Source: a virus. From it: DNA of 64,000 nt. The stretch spans positions 4,014-68,013 of IMG/VR virus record IMGVR_UViG_3300042558_000752; one strand, 5' to 3'. The notes beneath the pieces are model-generated. The model saw only the letters and a program-made list of their open reading frames with translations. It was not told the DNA's origin and did no database searches. Numbering within the stretch: position 1 is the first letter of the stretch; each line of letters opens with the position of its first letter. The position numbers were made by a program, and so were the translations under genes. Shown here one piece after another: positions 22,101 through 28,661 of this stretch.

Positions 22101-23996
22101 AGTAAGTCAGTATTTGTGTATGTGTCTAACACACCGAGAATCATTAACACAGATTATACTATTGATCTTGAAACAAATACTGTAAACTTTTTAGTGGCTC
22201 CGTTAGTAGATGAATTTGTAGAAATATTCAGTATAGGAATCGGCGGTGTTGGTATTCTAGATTATCAAAGTTATACTGCAGATGGCACCACGGGATTGTT
22301 TTTGACTAATGCCAATTATGATAATACCAGCAGTGTATTTGTTAGTGTGAATGGAACACCGGTTGATGTGGGATTCCGTAACAGCACAGATGTAATCGAT
22401 GCTGTGGGCAAAACTTTGGTAGATTTTGGAATCACACCACAAGTGGGCGACATAGTTAAAATAGTGTGCTTGGAATCAACAGCTGATATTGATAGTTCGG
22501 GCTTGTCTTTGGTACAGGTGAATGCTCAGACTTTCTACTTCGAAGGAAGTACAAGAAGTTTTGAGATTACTGGCTTTAGTGAATTAACCAGAGGCTCGAA
22601 TCTAAGCTCAATAATAGTCGAAGCTAACGGTCAATTTCTGAAAGGACCGGATACAGTGTACGCGGTCTACGACGGAACTAATAACGTATTCTCAATTGGA
22701 GTAGACCCACTAGAACCTGGCGGTAGCATATTACCAGCAAATCTAAAAGTTTTAATAAACAACACACTTAGAACATTTATTGTGGACTACACCCTAGATG
22801 GACCTACGAAGGTGCTGACTGTTAACGCATCTAAATTATCTATCGGCGATACTATCAAGATTGAAAATGATCTAAGGGCAGAATATAGTATACAAGATAA
22901 TATTATCACAGTCGACTCAGCATTTGATTTTGGATTCGTATCTGAAGCAATCAATCCTGCAGTCAATGTTACTTGGTTTGGCGAATATCCATCTATGGAT
23001 GTTATTCAAGATGAAAGCACGGGAGGTCAAGTACAGTACAAACTATCAAGACCTCCATTATCAGTAAGTTATGTGTGGGTATACAAGAATGGACTTCGTT
23101 TAAGACAAGACAAAGACTATTATGTGAGTTTGCCTAGAGCGGTGGTATATATCACAGCAGACACAACCCCTGCAGATACTATAAAAATTGTAAATTTTTC
23201 CAACGATATATTTAAATTACCGTCGGCCTATGAAATTCATAAAGATATGTTGAATGTGTTTCACTACAATAGATTTTCAAAAGATGAATGCAAATTAACC
23301 AAGGTACTAAACTACTACGATACTGCCATAGAAGTTACTGATGCTACTAATCTGTCTCAGCCAATCGCCATCAGAAATATTCCGGGTGTTGTATTCATAC
23401 AAGGCGAACGCATTGAATATATGTCAAAGTCAGGCAACACGTTGAGCCAATTACGCAGAGGTGCTCAAGGAACAGCTATAGCAAATACATATGCCCAGGG
23501 CACATCGGTAGTTGATGTGGGGTACAGTGAAGTGATACCTTATAATGAAGTTCAGCAGAGAACTGACTTTACCAGTGACGGTAGTACATTGTTGATCGGT
23601 CCTTTAGATTTTGTGCCTCAAAAGGGTGCTAGAAGTGGTACGTGGTTTAGAAATGCGATACCAACAACCTATGGACCTTGTGATCAAATAGAAGTGTTTG
23701 CTGCTGGCCGAAGACTGAAGAAAGATCCCCAATCCGTTTATGTAGAAGCCAATGGTGCTGCTAGCCCAGCCGCAGATCAGATGCAAGAAGCTGAATTCAG
23801 CGTAGATGGAGTATCAGCACAGATACGACTTACCGCTGTATTGCCAGCAGGCACTCGAATTACTGTGTTGCGAAGACAGGGTAAAACTTGGTATGCTAGG
23901 GGCGAGACCACAGCTACAGACGGCACAAGTCTAATACACACAGACACTGCAATAGCTAGATTCATTGTGGAAAAGACCACAGCTATACCTGAATAA
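10185..23996 (+). CDS. giant (4603 aa) baseplate/virion structural protein, gp7-like position, with FG-GAP-like and carbohydrate-binding-like repeats
   Basis: Uninterrupted 13.8-kb ORF after gp6; FIREKGT motif; repeated FG.S..MS.DG..L.IGAP and W....Y..G..V.Y....Y.A modules; GSGYTT.P repeats. Confidence 0.7.
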   Translation: MADKFPNSQLPIRRSVELLPVIFQTPANDKFLSAVVDPLIQPGVLDKVVGYVGRRYGKTYNSNDVYVDTDGTLRSSYQLEPGVIFKNHDKIENFYDYIDVKNQLKFFGNTIERDDKITSQTHYTWNPPIDWDKFINYREYYWEPTGPRSINITGQSASITSTYKVVLGTTKNSFVFTPDAYTNNPTLTLYRGQTYNFRVNAPAEGFAIRTNFDTGSLLFQPNRSYAQGSLVVYDSKLWRAIRDVTSFDASSITIDSQDWQYVESASEGSALDYDNGITNNGVENGTLTFVVPYDAPDTLYYQSKITPDAFGRFVIADIEENTFVNVDIEIIGKTTYTSGNGIAFSNGMIVEFSGNILPAIYAKDTWLVEGVGTAITLTRFSDLVVPVLSTEVPEVLFDNEGFDTQPFDDATEYAAFKDYITIARDSADNNPWSRYNRWFHRSVLEKSYQLRGQDFPANETTRAKRPIIEFRAGLQLFNHGSTAKQTVDYIDTATTDVFSIIEGTKGYNIDGEFLFDGARVLVVADKDKLVNNKIYTVEFITHNGVSQIHLRESDDTESILGQGVTVRRGVVNKGLMFHFNGTSWVSSQPKTAVNQAPMFDVYDSNEISFGDPTTYADTEFTGSTILSYKPGTARIDKELGFKISYLNIDNIGDIEFNWNWDTETFRYSVNKSPVLKKISTGFYRFGSDGYANGWQQLNSKYIQPIIDDQVVEIATDTLIFNTVRWESLTADPNINFYLNGSRYTGTWTRDRGTFVFNTPFEINDVVVIKLITDIDPDQGYYEMPVGLEKNPFNTPIDSFTLGQAVAHISSAVEWDSEYTGKLPGSSNLRDLEDYRLLAGRFLKHSGNAPLAIMSLCDKTHNIIKSISYAKKEYTDFKNNFLQRAIEIDFNDDVVNFVDDIINSLTAVKTAKDAFADSDMIGAGAYTALQTVVEDPGISVFSLTEPFDLKTPSTRAVYVYKNSTQLLNTQDYEFDSTFSFVKLKASLAEGDTIEIREYLSTATNHIPPTPTAMGLYKKYTPTKFLDDTYQEPRYVIQGHDGSITAAYNDFRDDLLLELELRIYNNIKQEYDSAVFDIDQILAGYYGIGEYSKSQLDSIVVQDFLKWIQNTNINYTLNEYFDSENSFTYTYSNMSDPTKTKNIPGWWRGVYQHFYDTDRPHRCPWEMLGFSQQPTWWQAEYGSAPYTSNNLILWEDLEAGIIRQGIRAGRHDRYKRPGLVRHIPVDADGKLLSPLDSNLAQDFSLINNRGPFVLGDVSPVEYAWRSSSEWPYAIVAAMCLMKPFEYIPDNFDRSRIVKNKLDQYVNSTTGLFITIADIAPYVTDSVTVGLVKYLTSYTKSQGLSSDSLQTKIEKLDVALSFRMSGFVDQQQQKYLLDSKNPSATTSGIFIPSENYDIIFNVSSPVTTVSYSGVRLEKTASGWIVAGYDDIHPYFNYHLAQASSKDPIISVGGVSESFTDWIQDKTYNNGALVRYQSNFYRALKTHLSTGDFDRSQWQKLGDVPKIGAIEAQRRRVFNTLSVRQISYGTRLNSIQEVVDLLLGYESYLKTQGIIFDNYDPLNATSQDWLSAAKEFMFWTKHNWESGAIITLSPSAQKLEISIPIGTPDNLLDGFYDYQILKGDGTPLAPRFLNVNRGFQNLKIETTNTTDGIYYARLHYVIKEHVTVFDNRTVFNDIIYDKPTGYRQGRIKMQAFRTVDWDGDYTSPGFLFDNVDIQTWKPFNDYKLGDIVSYKSYDWTSLRNQLGTETFNDANWSKLDSKPVKQLVSNFDYKIKQFSDYFETSSQGLDQSQRELARHAIGYQQRDYLQNLAEDSVSQYQLYQGFIREKGTANSVTKIFNKLSRSGSDSIVLNEEWAFRLGQVGGVDQFSEIEIQLEKNKFKLDPQPHLVTGSETPNALDQYYRFTSNDFTISPIPYTVDILPTAVDLEPELTAGYVSSGQYQHVIGTMDQLTTLDITTVDENDHIWVTFDQDSWQILRVNESPLLYVIEAVRIDDTVVTLTLNRPHSLVVDDYVGFREIINLSGFFKVSAVTNTTITVVVSADISDPELDASTTVNIQLLTTARFADYAAVDQHPAALLKNKSLVFVDNNGSDQWEVVQKNKLYTSKSIADFGTSAPLLTGSKVVYDNVNKHVISSMPGAGFVNVYVETDTGLSLKQIIAPPIGFYDIALGSFGEKMAVSPDGKYLVIGAPTASGVVNRFMGEWQTEVAYEQNDVVLYGGRLYRALNANGNFVGLGDGSTQIAINSDDWVPHTTVIPAETSARNPGYYQQGMVAVYEFVSGRYINTTAFVSPRPTDNEKFGSEITIGVNGTEYYLAVSAIGSYNNTGRVYLIKYTGTEWTHMENPLYKGIYNLFDSYKQGEIVWQASQDPEGEAVRGNLWQSLDGSTSDGSTITLDSQNWLKVSDISTHCSLPTNISVEDDGSTLEFTITGLLTDTQKAELVKQGDQFGFSMTMSIDGSILVIGAPDSDGQYFANYRGLWRGDVEYVEGEVVRYRGSSSELYQYYQLGDAFLGPDSTYRSYNEDPSDSVNWQQVGDSTTTSSGKIFVYKKTEYDSYELTQMINAGSLTSFTDIDSGLVISTGDQFGFSMDMDANGTMLAVSSPRADVNYQDQGAVYVLELDKPVTEFRVKQRLQSYEIYTNEYFGFAVSVSPDSEKIAIGARNAKTPFPVNFDLLEGTTFDNSRTRFYVEQGFTGGVYVFDKKDQLFFLTEKLDSDLQADESFGHSVDCVGTKLLVGSPYYKNSVTNTYQGIARLFTSNSADASWTTLTNQQPLVDLRKIKKVELYDNVKNVKIQDVDYIDAARGKILNIAEQEIKYKTPYDPAVYTIGTSDVVVDPTINWLEKNVGKLWWNTGTAKFQYAEQKDSAYRIGNWNQLVQGASIDVYEWVETVLLPNEWAALADTNAGLAQGVSGQPLYPNNDVYSVKFFFSSTTGQVSETLYYYWVRSKAVTPPNMADRKRSAAEVTNLISNPAGTGIAFVAFLQSDKFLSYNFKSIMQSDTALINLQIRKNLESQIPVHNEYQLLTEGVADSLPSAKLENKWIDSLVGSDIAGNRIPDISLSAKQKYGIEYRPRQTMFVDRILALKIVIEYINNILQKETFAETIDFTNLNSVDTVPSSALNFYDVAVDTDIDLQTVGTTNTRRAVLRGNLINGELDTIDIVDPGYGYKPKELFDQEQSGIYIGPPITISGDGVNATAVCHIDGQGRVIAVVVTNRGKKYSSITVQVRYFSVLVNNDATLNNFWSIYSWDNSRKVYFRSKSQSFDTTKYWSKIDWIRTGYDSNLRIIKELNSIYEIVDAQIAIGDIIKVKEYASGGWAVFEKISDTAELFLDRYLLVSRQLGTIQINSSLYNTGVTGVGFDNTQAFDTTTYDIENSKELRNIFTAIKEQVFIGDYAVEWNKLFFASIRHVFSEQQYVDWVFKTSFLNATHNIGTLASPPNYKNDNLSSYQDYINEVKPFRTTVREYISRYTQPETYSSAVADFDLPPAYSVSDGRANPVNSLSAEISQYPWKWWADNNTYTVTAIDVYQQGSGYTTPPKVLISGTGTGATAKAYISNGKVSSIQVLTVGSGYTTAPTITLVGGNSPTSIQAKAVSVIGDSQVRTFDVSVKFDRISTSGIYNTFSQTQTFIATGSSSVFLLNYAPTNDKAKIRVTQKSSATKKTQVVLASEYTINLYYQATDSYSLLRGKLIFNTAPTKDDEITVTYDKNILLLDAVNRINQSYSPKAGMVGKELNQLMTGIDFGGVRIQGTTFDVTGGWDALPWFTDNWDSVESSSDYYHVADGSTGTVTLPYIPANGQQINIYIKRKNTNVTVRVDDENYSPTQDSSTGTNPTAEMPTFVGDGVNAVVAIGDYLSTVDGDILIFRPIESDGSVNITDDNILDTRLSGGSLSSISGAYVTATGMTSEEIAITGGKFIDPNVVPAPEENVPGQVIESVSIKVYNNSASGAAALQSNVKTANGTDTEFAIGQPVLESKSVFVYVSNTPRIINTDYTIDLETNTVNFLVAPLVDEFVEIFSIGIGGVGILDYQSYTADGTTGLFLTNANYDNTSSVFVSVNGTPVDVGFRNSTDVIDAVGKTLVDFGITPQVGDIVKIVCLESTADIDSSGLSLVQVNAQTFYFEGSTRSFEITGFSELTRGSNLSSIIVEANGQFLKGPDTVYAVYDGTNNVFSIGVDPLEPGGSILPANLKVLINNTLRTFIVDYTLDGPTKVLTVNASKLSIGDTIKIENDLRAEYSIQDNIITVDSAFDFGFVSEAINPAVNVTWFGEYPSMDVIQDESTGGQVQYKLSRPPLSVSYVWVYKNGLRLRQDKDYYVSLPRAVVYITADTTPADTIKIVNFSNDIFKLPSAYEIHKDMLNVFHYNRFSKDECKLTKVLNYYDTAIEVTDATNLSQPIAIRNIPGVVFIQGERIEYMSKSGNTLSQLRRGAQGTAIANTYAQGTSVVDVGYSEVIPYNEVQQRTDFTSDGSTLLIGPLDFVPQKGARSGTWFRNAIPTTYGPCDQIEVFAAGRRLKKDPQSVYVEANGAASPAADQMQEAEFSVDGVSAQIRLTAVLPAGTRITVLRRQGKTWYARGETTATDGTSLIHTDTAIARFIVEKTTAIPE

Positions 23997-24000
23997 ATAC

Positions 24001-24675
24001 ATGATGGAACAAAAAGAGATCAAAATGCCAAATAATCAAGATCAACCAGTAGATACCCCTCAGGCTCGCCCTAACGAAACAGGCGGGTTTCATTTTGAGG
24101 GACACATAAAAATCCATGATCCTGAAACCAAAGAAGTTTTTGTGGACAAACGAAACGCTATTCACTACGAAAATATGAGCGTAGCTATGGTCAACAGTCT
24201 AAGCAATCAAGGCTACGGAACAGTGTATCAAATGATTTTTGGTACAGGTGGATCTACAGTAGATCCTACAGGACTTATTACATATCTTACTCCGAACACA
24301 GTTGGAGTTAATTCTAGCCTATATAATCAAACCTATCAAAAGGTAGTAGATCAAAACGCTATTGAAAATCAAGACCCAATTAGAAACAAGATGGAAATTA
24401 GACATATCAGCGGCGCCACCTATAGTGATATTCTAATCAGTTGTTTACTAGATTATGGCGAACCTTTGGATCAGGAAGCTTTTGACAACAGTGTAGATAT
24501 GAATGGCGAATTTGTATTCGATGAATTGGGTTTAAAAGGACTCGGTCCAAATACAACAGACGGAAAGTTACTCACTCATGTTATATTTCATCCAGTACAA
24601 AAAAGTTTGAATAGATTACTGCAGATTGATTACACTATCCGTGTGCAGAGTTTAACTGGCTTTGCTGAGGTTTAA
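24001..24675 (+). CDS. virion structural protein (baseplate-associated); start may be 24001, 24004 or 24025
   Basis: ORF in the structural operon; GHIKI.D...NAIH, FDELGL and HPVQKSLNR motifs; TAAATA at 23994-23999 overlaps the previous stop codon. Confidence 0.55.
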   Translation: MMEQKEIKMPNNQDQPVDTPQARPNETGGFHFEGHIKIHDPETKEVFVDKRNAIHYENMSVAMVNSLSNQGYGTVYQMIFGTGGSTVDPTGLITYLTPNTVGVNSSLYNQTYQKVVDQNAIENQDPIRNKMEIRHISGATYSDILISCLLDYGEPLDQEAFDNSVDMNGEFVFDELGLKGLGPNTTDGKLLTHVIFHPVQKSLNRLLQIDYTIRVQSLTGFAEV

Positions 24676-24677
24676 TC

Positions 24678-26810
24678 ATGCCATACATAGTTAATTTTAC
24701 AGATAAAGAAAATAAAAGTCCTATCACAGTATTTGATAATACTTCTAGCACAGATACCAGCCTAGTTTTTCCTGGTCGAAATGTCACTGGCTACGGACAG
24801 ATCATAGCAGAAAACTTTTTATCATTGCTAGAAAATTTTGCGTCTACCAAGCAGCCAGTGAACCCAGTGGAAGGTCAGTTATGGTATAACAGCACCGGCG
24901 GCTCACAGACTCTGCAGATTTGGGATAATACAGCATGGAAGTCGGCCTCCGGGATACAGAAAGGTGTTAGTGAACCCGCTGTAGAAACCAGTAAGGTTGG
25001 AGAATTGTGGGTAGATACTACAAATCAACAACTTCGGATATTCACTGGTACACGATGGATTTTGGTTGGTCCTACTGAAAGTTCAGTAGGCGGGTTACGG
25101 TACGGTCCGGTTATAGAAAAAATAGCCGACTCAGACAACGTAGATAGATTTATATTGGTATTTTACATTGCCGATATTCCTGTGATCATTATAAGCAAAG
25201 ACAGCTTTACTCCTAAAACTTTAATTACGGGGTTCGACACAGTGAGGTCAGGAATAAACATCAGTGCTCCTGCTGACGCTGCCGAAATAGCTAATTTTGT
25301 AGGAGGATTTTTACCCCTACTCAATGGTACTGCTAAAAATGCTCAAGCACTAATAGTAGGCGGAGTAGAAAAAGCTGCAGGAACATTTCTCAGATCAGAT
25401 ACTATCAACACCACTGACTATGAAATAAAAATAAAAAACAACAATGGTCTTTCTATTGGAGTTGACGAAACATTCAAGCTGTTATCAACAGAATCATCCA
25501 ACAGTATATACAACTCTGCAGCAGGCAGCTCTCTTGATTTACAAACTAATAGAAACGGAATTCCAGCAACAGTACTTAGAGTAGTAGATAATCTTGTGGG
25601 AATAAATCAAGAAAATCCCTTAGAATCTTTAGATGTTATCGGCAATTTTAAACTCACAGGAACGATTGTATCCACTAACACCACAGCTAGTACCAACTTA
25701 AATAATGGTAGCATACGAACATTAGGCGGTGCTGCAATTACTAAGAATCTAATTGTAGGAGATGGCATAGATGTTACCGGAGTTCTACAAACCAACACTA
25801 TCCAACCAAAACTTACTAACATTTATGATTTAGGTACAGATCTAAAAAGATTTAACAATATACGTGCTAAAACAGTTATAGCAGATACTATACAAGGTGT
25901 ACTGGAAGGAAATATCAGCGGCAACGCCCTTACAGCCACGGCCTTAAGCACAGTGACTAGTTTCCAACTAGCAGGTGATGTAATATCACCTGCTGTGCAG
26001 TTTGACGGACAGGTCGGCAGTGCAACCAAAATTTTCAATGCTACTCTTACCGCAAATATCATAGCAGGCAAATCTGAGCCAAGTCCTAACATCGGTAAGT
26101 TTGGTGATTACATATTAACATATAGACCTAGCGAAAGTACCTTGGCCAGTTCGGGACTTTTGAAACAGACTAGAGAACGGTTCATGGCTGATCTAGCTGT
26201 GCCAATTGGTGCAATATTACCTTATGCTGGCGGAACAACTCCTGATGGATATTTGTTATGCGATGGCTCGGAAGTTGAAAGAGCAAAATATCCTGATTTA
26301 TACGATGTTGTCGGAGTTACGTTTAACGGCTCAGCAATTCTACTCGGAGCTGGAACTTTTAGACTTCCCGACCTTAGAGGTAGATTCGCTCTAGGTAAAG
26401 ATAACATGGACAATGGAGGAACTGTGCCGCCAACAGGAGGAGGTTCTCCTGTAGATGCCGGTGGCGGTACTGCAGGTCGTGTTCCGGACGTGCAGGCCAC
26501 GATCCTAGGAGGCGCTGCCGGCCTTAGCTCAGTTGCACTGACCTTGGCCAACTTGCCAGAACACAGTCATACTTTGGCCTCTGCTACACAGGATTATCAA
26601 GCGATAGCAGTAAGCACCACTCTTGACCCAGAGGCAACATCTGGACTAGGACCTACAGCTCCAGGGCAAGCTCAATACATTAAAGACAGCGGCCCTGTCA
26701 AAAAGCTAGGAGGTGTTACTCTTGGAACTGCTGTGGGATTGATGAATCCGTTTTTAGCAATGAATTATATAATCAGATCCGGTCCACCGGCATTTATTAC
26801 AACGGCATAA
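24678..26810 (+). CDS. tail fibre/baseplate protein with phage tail-collar domain
   Basis: VPIGAILPYAG...GYLLCDG...FRLPDLRGRF and C-terminal NPFLAMNYII; shares its N-terminal module with the neighbouring fibres. Confidence 0.8.
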   Translation: MPYIVNFTDKENKSPITVFDNTSSTDTSLVFPGRNVTGYGQIIAENFLSLLENFASTKQPVNPVEGQLWYNSTGGSQTLQIWDNTAWKSASGIQKGVSEPAVETSKVGELWVDTTNQQLRIFTGTRWILVGPTESSVGGLRYGPVIEKIADSDNVDRFILVFYIADIPVIIISKDSFTPKTLITGFDTVRSGINISAPADAAEIANFVGGFLPLLNGTAKNAQALIVGGVEKAAGTFLRSDTINTTDYEIKIKNNNGLSIGVDETFKLLSTESSNSIYNSAAGSSLDLQTNRNGIPATVLRVVDNLVGINQENPLESLDVIGNFKLTGTIVSTNTTASTNLNNGSIRTLGGAAITKNLIVGDGIDVTGVLQTNTIQPKLTNIYDLGTDLKRFNNIRAKTVIADTIQGVLEGNISGNALTATALSTVTSFQLAGDVISPAVQFDGQVGSATKIFNATLTANIIAGKSEPSPNIGKFGDYILTYRPSESTLASSGLLKQTRERFMADLAVPIGAILPYAGGTTPDGYLLCDGSEVERAKYPDLYDVVGVTFNGSAILLGAGTFRLPDLRGRFALGKDNMDNGGTVPPTGGGSPVDAGGGTAGRVPDVQATILGGAAGLSSVALTLANLPEHSHTLASATQDYQAIAVSTTLDPEATSGLGPTAPGQAQYIKDSGPVKKLGGVTLGTAVGLMNPFLAMNYIIRSGPPAFITTA

Positions 26811-26824
26811 TTAGGTAAAATAAT

Positions 26825-28642
26825 ATGACATACCAGATTAACAAAACAGACGGAACCATAGTTGCCACAGTTGCTGACGGTCAAATCGATGATAGATCAA
26901 CAGACATTACCTTAATTGGTAAGAATTACAGCGGGTTCGGTGAAATCTTTAATGAAAATTTAATTAAAATTTTAGAAAACTTTTCCGAGTCAACACAACC
27001 AGATCATCCGCTAAGAGGACAAATATGGTTTGACTCTAGCGAATCAAAATTGAAAGTGTATAACGGTGTTAGTTTTGTGCCAGTTAGTTCTGCAACAATA
27101 TCTAGTACTCAGCCTTCGACTTTGGCCATAGGTGATCTATGGTACGATGATGTTGGTAAACAATTATTTTTCTTTGACGGTGCAGCGGCAATACTGTTAG
27201 CTCCATCGTATAGCAGTTCACAGAGTCTAAGCGGACTTAGAGTAGATACCATACTAGATACTCTTAACCAAACTAGGGTTATCACTAGTCTGTATAACAA
27301 TGGTATATTGTTAGGCATATTTGCCAAAGATAGTTTTACCCCAAAAATACCCATTATCGGATATGCAGGCATTATTGCACCCGGGTTTAATGTAGGCACA
27401 TTAGCTGATTTTAAAATACGTGCGACCTGTATCAACAGTGACAGTCTCGGTGGAGCCCCTGCTACTACATATGTTCGTACAGATACAACTAATGCAATTA
27501 ACGGACAACTACAAATTACTGATGACGATGGACTGCTCTTTGGTTCAGCTACTAACGGATCATTGTTTATTACCACTGGTGATATAACGTTAGCTAATTC
27601 CTCAAGCAATAAAAACATCACCTTGAGTGTTAACAGATTAGACACCCAAGAAAGTGCAATAGTAATAAATGCAAGTGCTAGAACTATTGGATTATATCCT
27701 GCCATATCGACCAGTACTGTTAATCTTGGTGGAGACCTAGTAGTAAACGGAAACCTTACAGTCGAAGGAACTACCACTACACTAAACACCAGTATTTTTA
27801 CAGTAGAAGATAAAAATATTATCATTGCCAATTCTACTAGTCCTACCAACGTCACAGCTGACGGTGCAGGTATAACTATCAAAGGCGGAACTGATAAAAC
27901 CATTGCTTACAGTAATAGCAGCAATTGGTTAGATATTTCTGAAACATTGAATCTAGCAGCAGGGAAAGGTGTTTACATCGGTGGAACAAAAGTTATCGAC
28001 GGAAACAGTTTAGGATCTGCAATTACTAGTATCCCTGGTGTTACATCTTTCGGTACACTAAACGTGATTAACGTGGGCCCCGGAACGCCGCCAGTCACAC
28101 AAATGAGATTTGAAAACCACAGAATCTCCACGGTGTCGTCTAACTATGACATTGAATTAGAACCAGATGGCGCAGGAAATGTGGTGTTAATAGGCTCTCC
28201 AAAAATCACCGGCCTAGCAAATCCTACCTCTGCCCAAGATGCTGCCACTAAAGAATATGCAGATAATAAAGTAGAATCAAGACCGTTAATTTTCAGCATT
28301 GATCTTTCTGATGGAAAATCAAATACCTATATAATTAACAACATCTTAAACAATCTTGCTCCGGTGGGAGAATATAGATCGTTGACTTATGCAAGAGTAT
28401 TATGCAGTTTGATCAGCAATAATGCACAGAGTCTAGAAATAAATTCGCTGCCCCCAGGCTTGTCAACAGCAGCATTTATTACTAACCATTTGACCGGATC
28501 CAGTAGTCTGGCAATTACCAATATAAGTTTTCCAACAGCCACTATTGCAGCAGCTAGTGTGTCTGTGACAAGAATTATTAAATTGTTTCAAATAGTAGGT
28601 GGTGTGTGGGCACATCAGTCAGATCAAGTGCTTCCACCATAA
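26825..28642 (+). CDS. tail fibre-like protein
   Basis: Shared N-terminal GKNYSGFGE..NEN module; GNLTVEGTTTT...VEDKNI and DAATKEYAD fibre motifs. Confidence 0.7.
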   Translation: MTYQINKTDGTIVATVADGQIDDRSTDITLIGKNYSGFGEIFNENLIKILENFSESTQPDHPLRGQIWFDSSESKLKVYNGVSFVPVSSATISSTQPSTLAIGDLWYDDVGKQLFFFDGAAAILLAPSYSSSQSLSGLRVDTILDTLNQTRVITSLYNNGILLGIFAKDSFTPKIPIIGYAGIIAPGFNVGTLADFKIRATCINSDSLGGAPATTYVRTDTTNAINGQLQITDDDGLLFGSATNGSLFITTGDITLANSSSNKNITLSVNRLDTQESAIVINASARTIGLYPAISTSTVNLGGDLVVNGNLTVEGTTTTLNTSIFTVEDKNIIIANSTSPTNVTADGAGITIKGGTDKTIAYSNSSNWLDISETLNLAAGKGVYIGGTKVIDGNSLGSAITSIPGVTSFGTLNVINVGPGTPPVTQMRFENHRISTVSSNYDIELEPDGAGNVVLIGSPKITGLANPTSAQDAATKEYADNKVESRPLIFSIDLSDGKSNTYIINNILNNLAPVGEYRSLTYARVLCSLISNNAQSLEINSLPPGLSTAAFITNHLTGSSSLAITNISFPTATIAAASVSVTRIIKLFQIVGGVWAHQSDQVLPP

Positions 28643-28661
28643 TGAACCAGGAGCGGCATAA

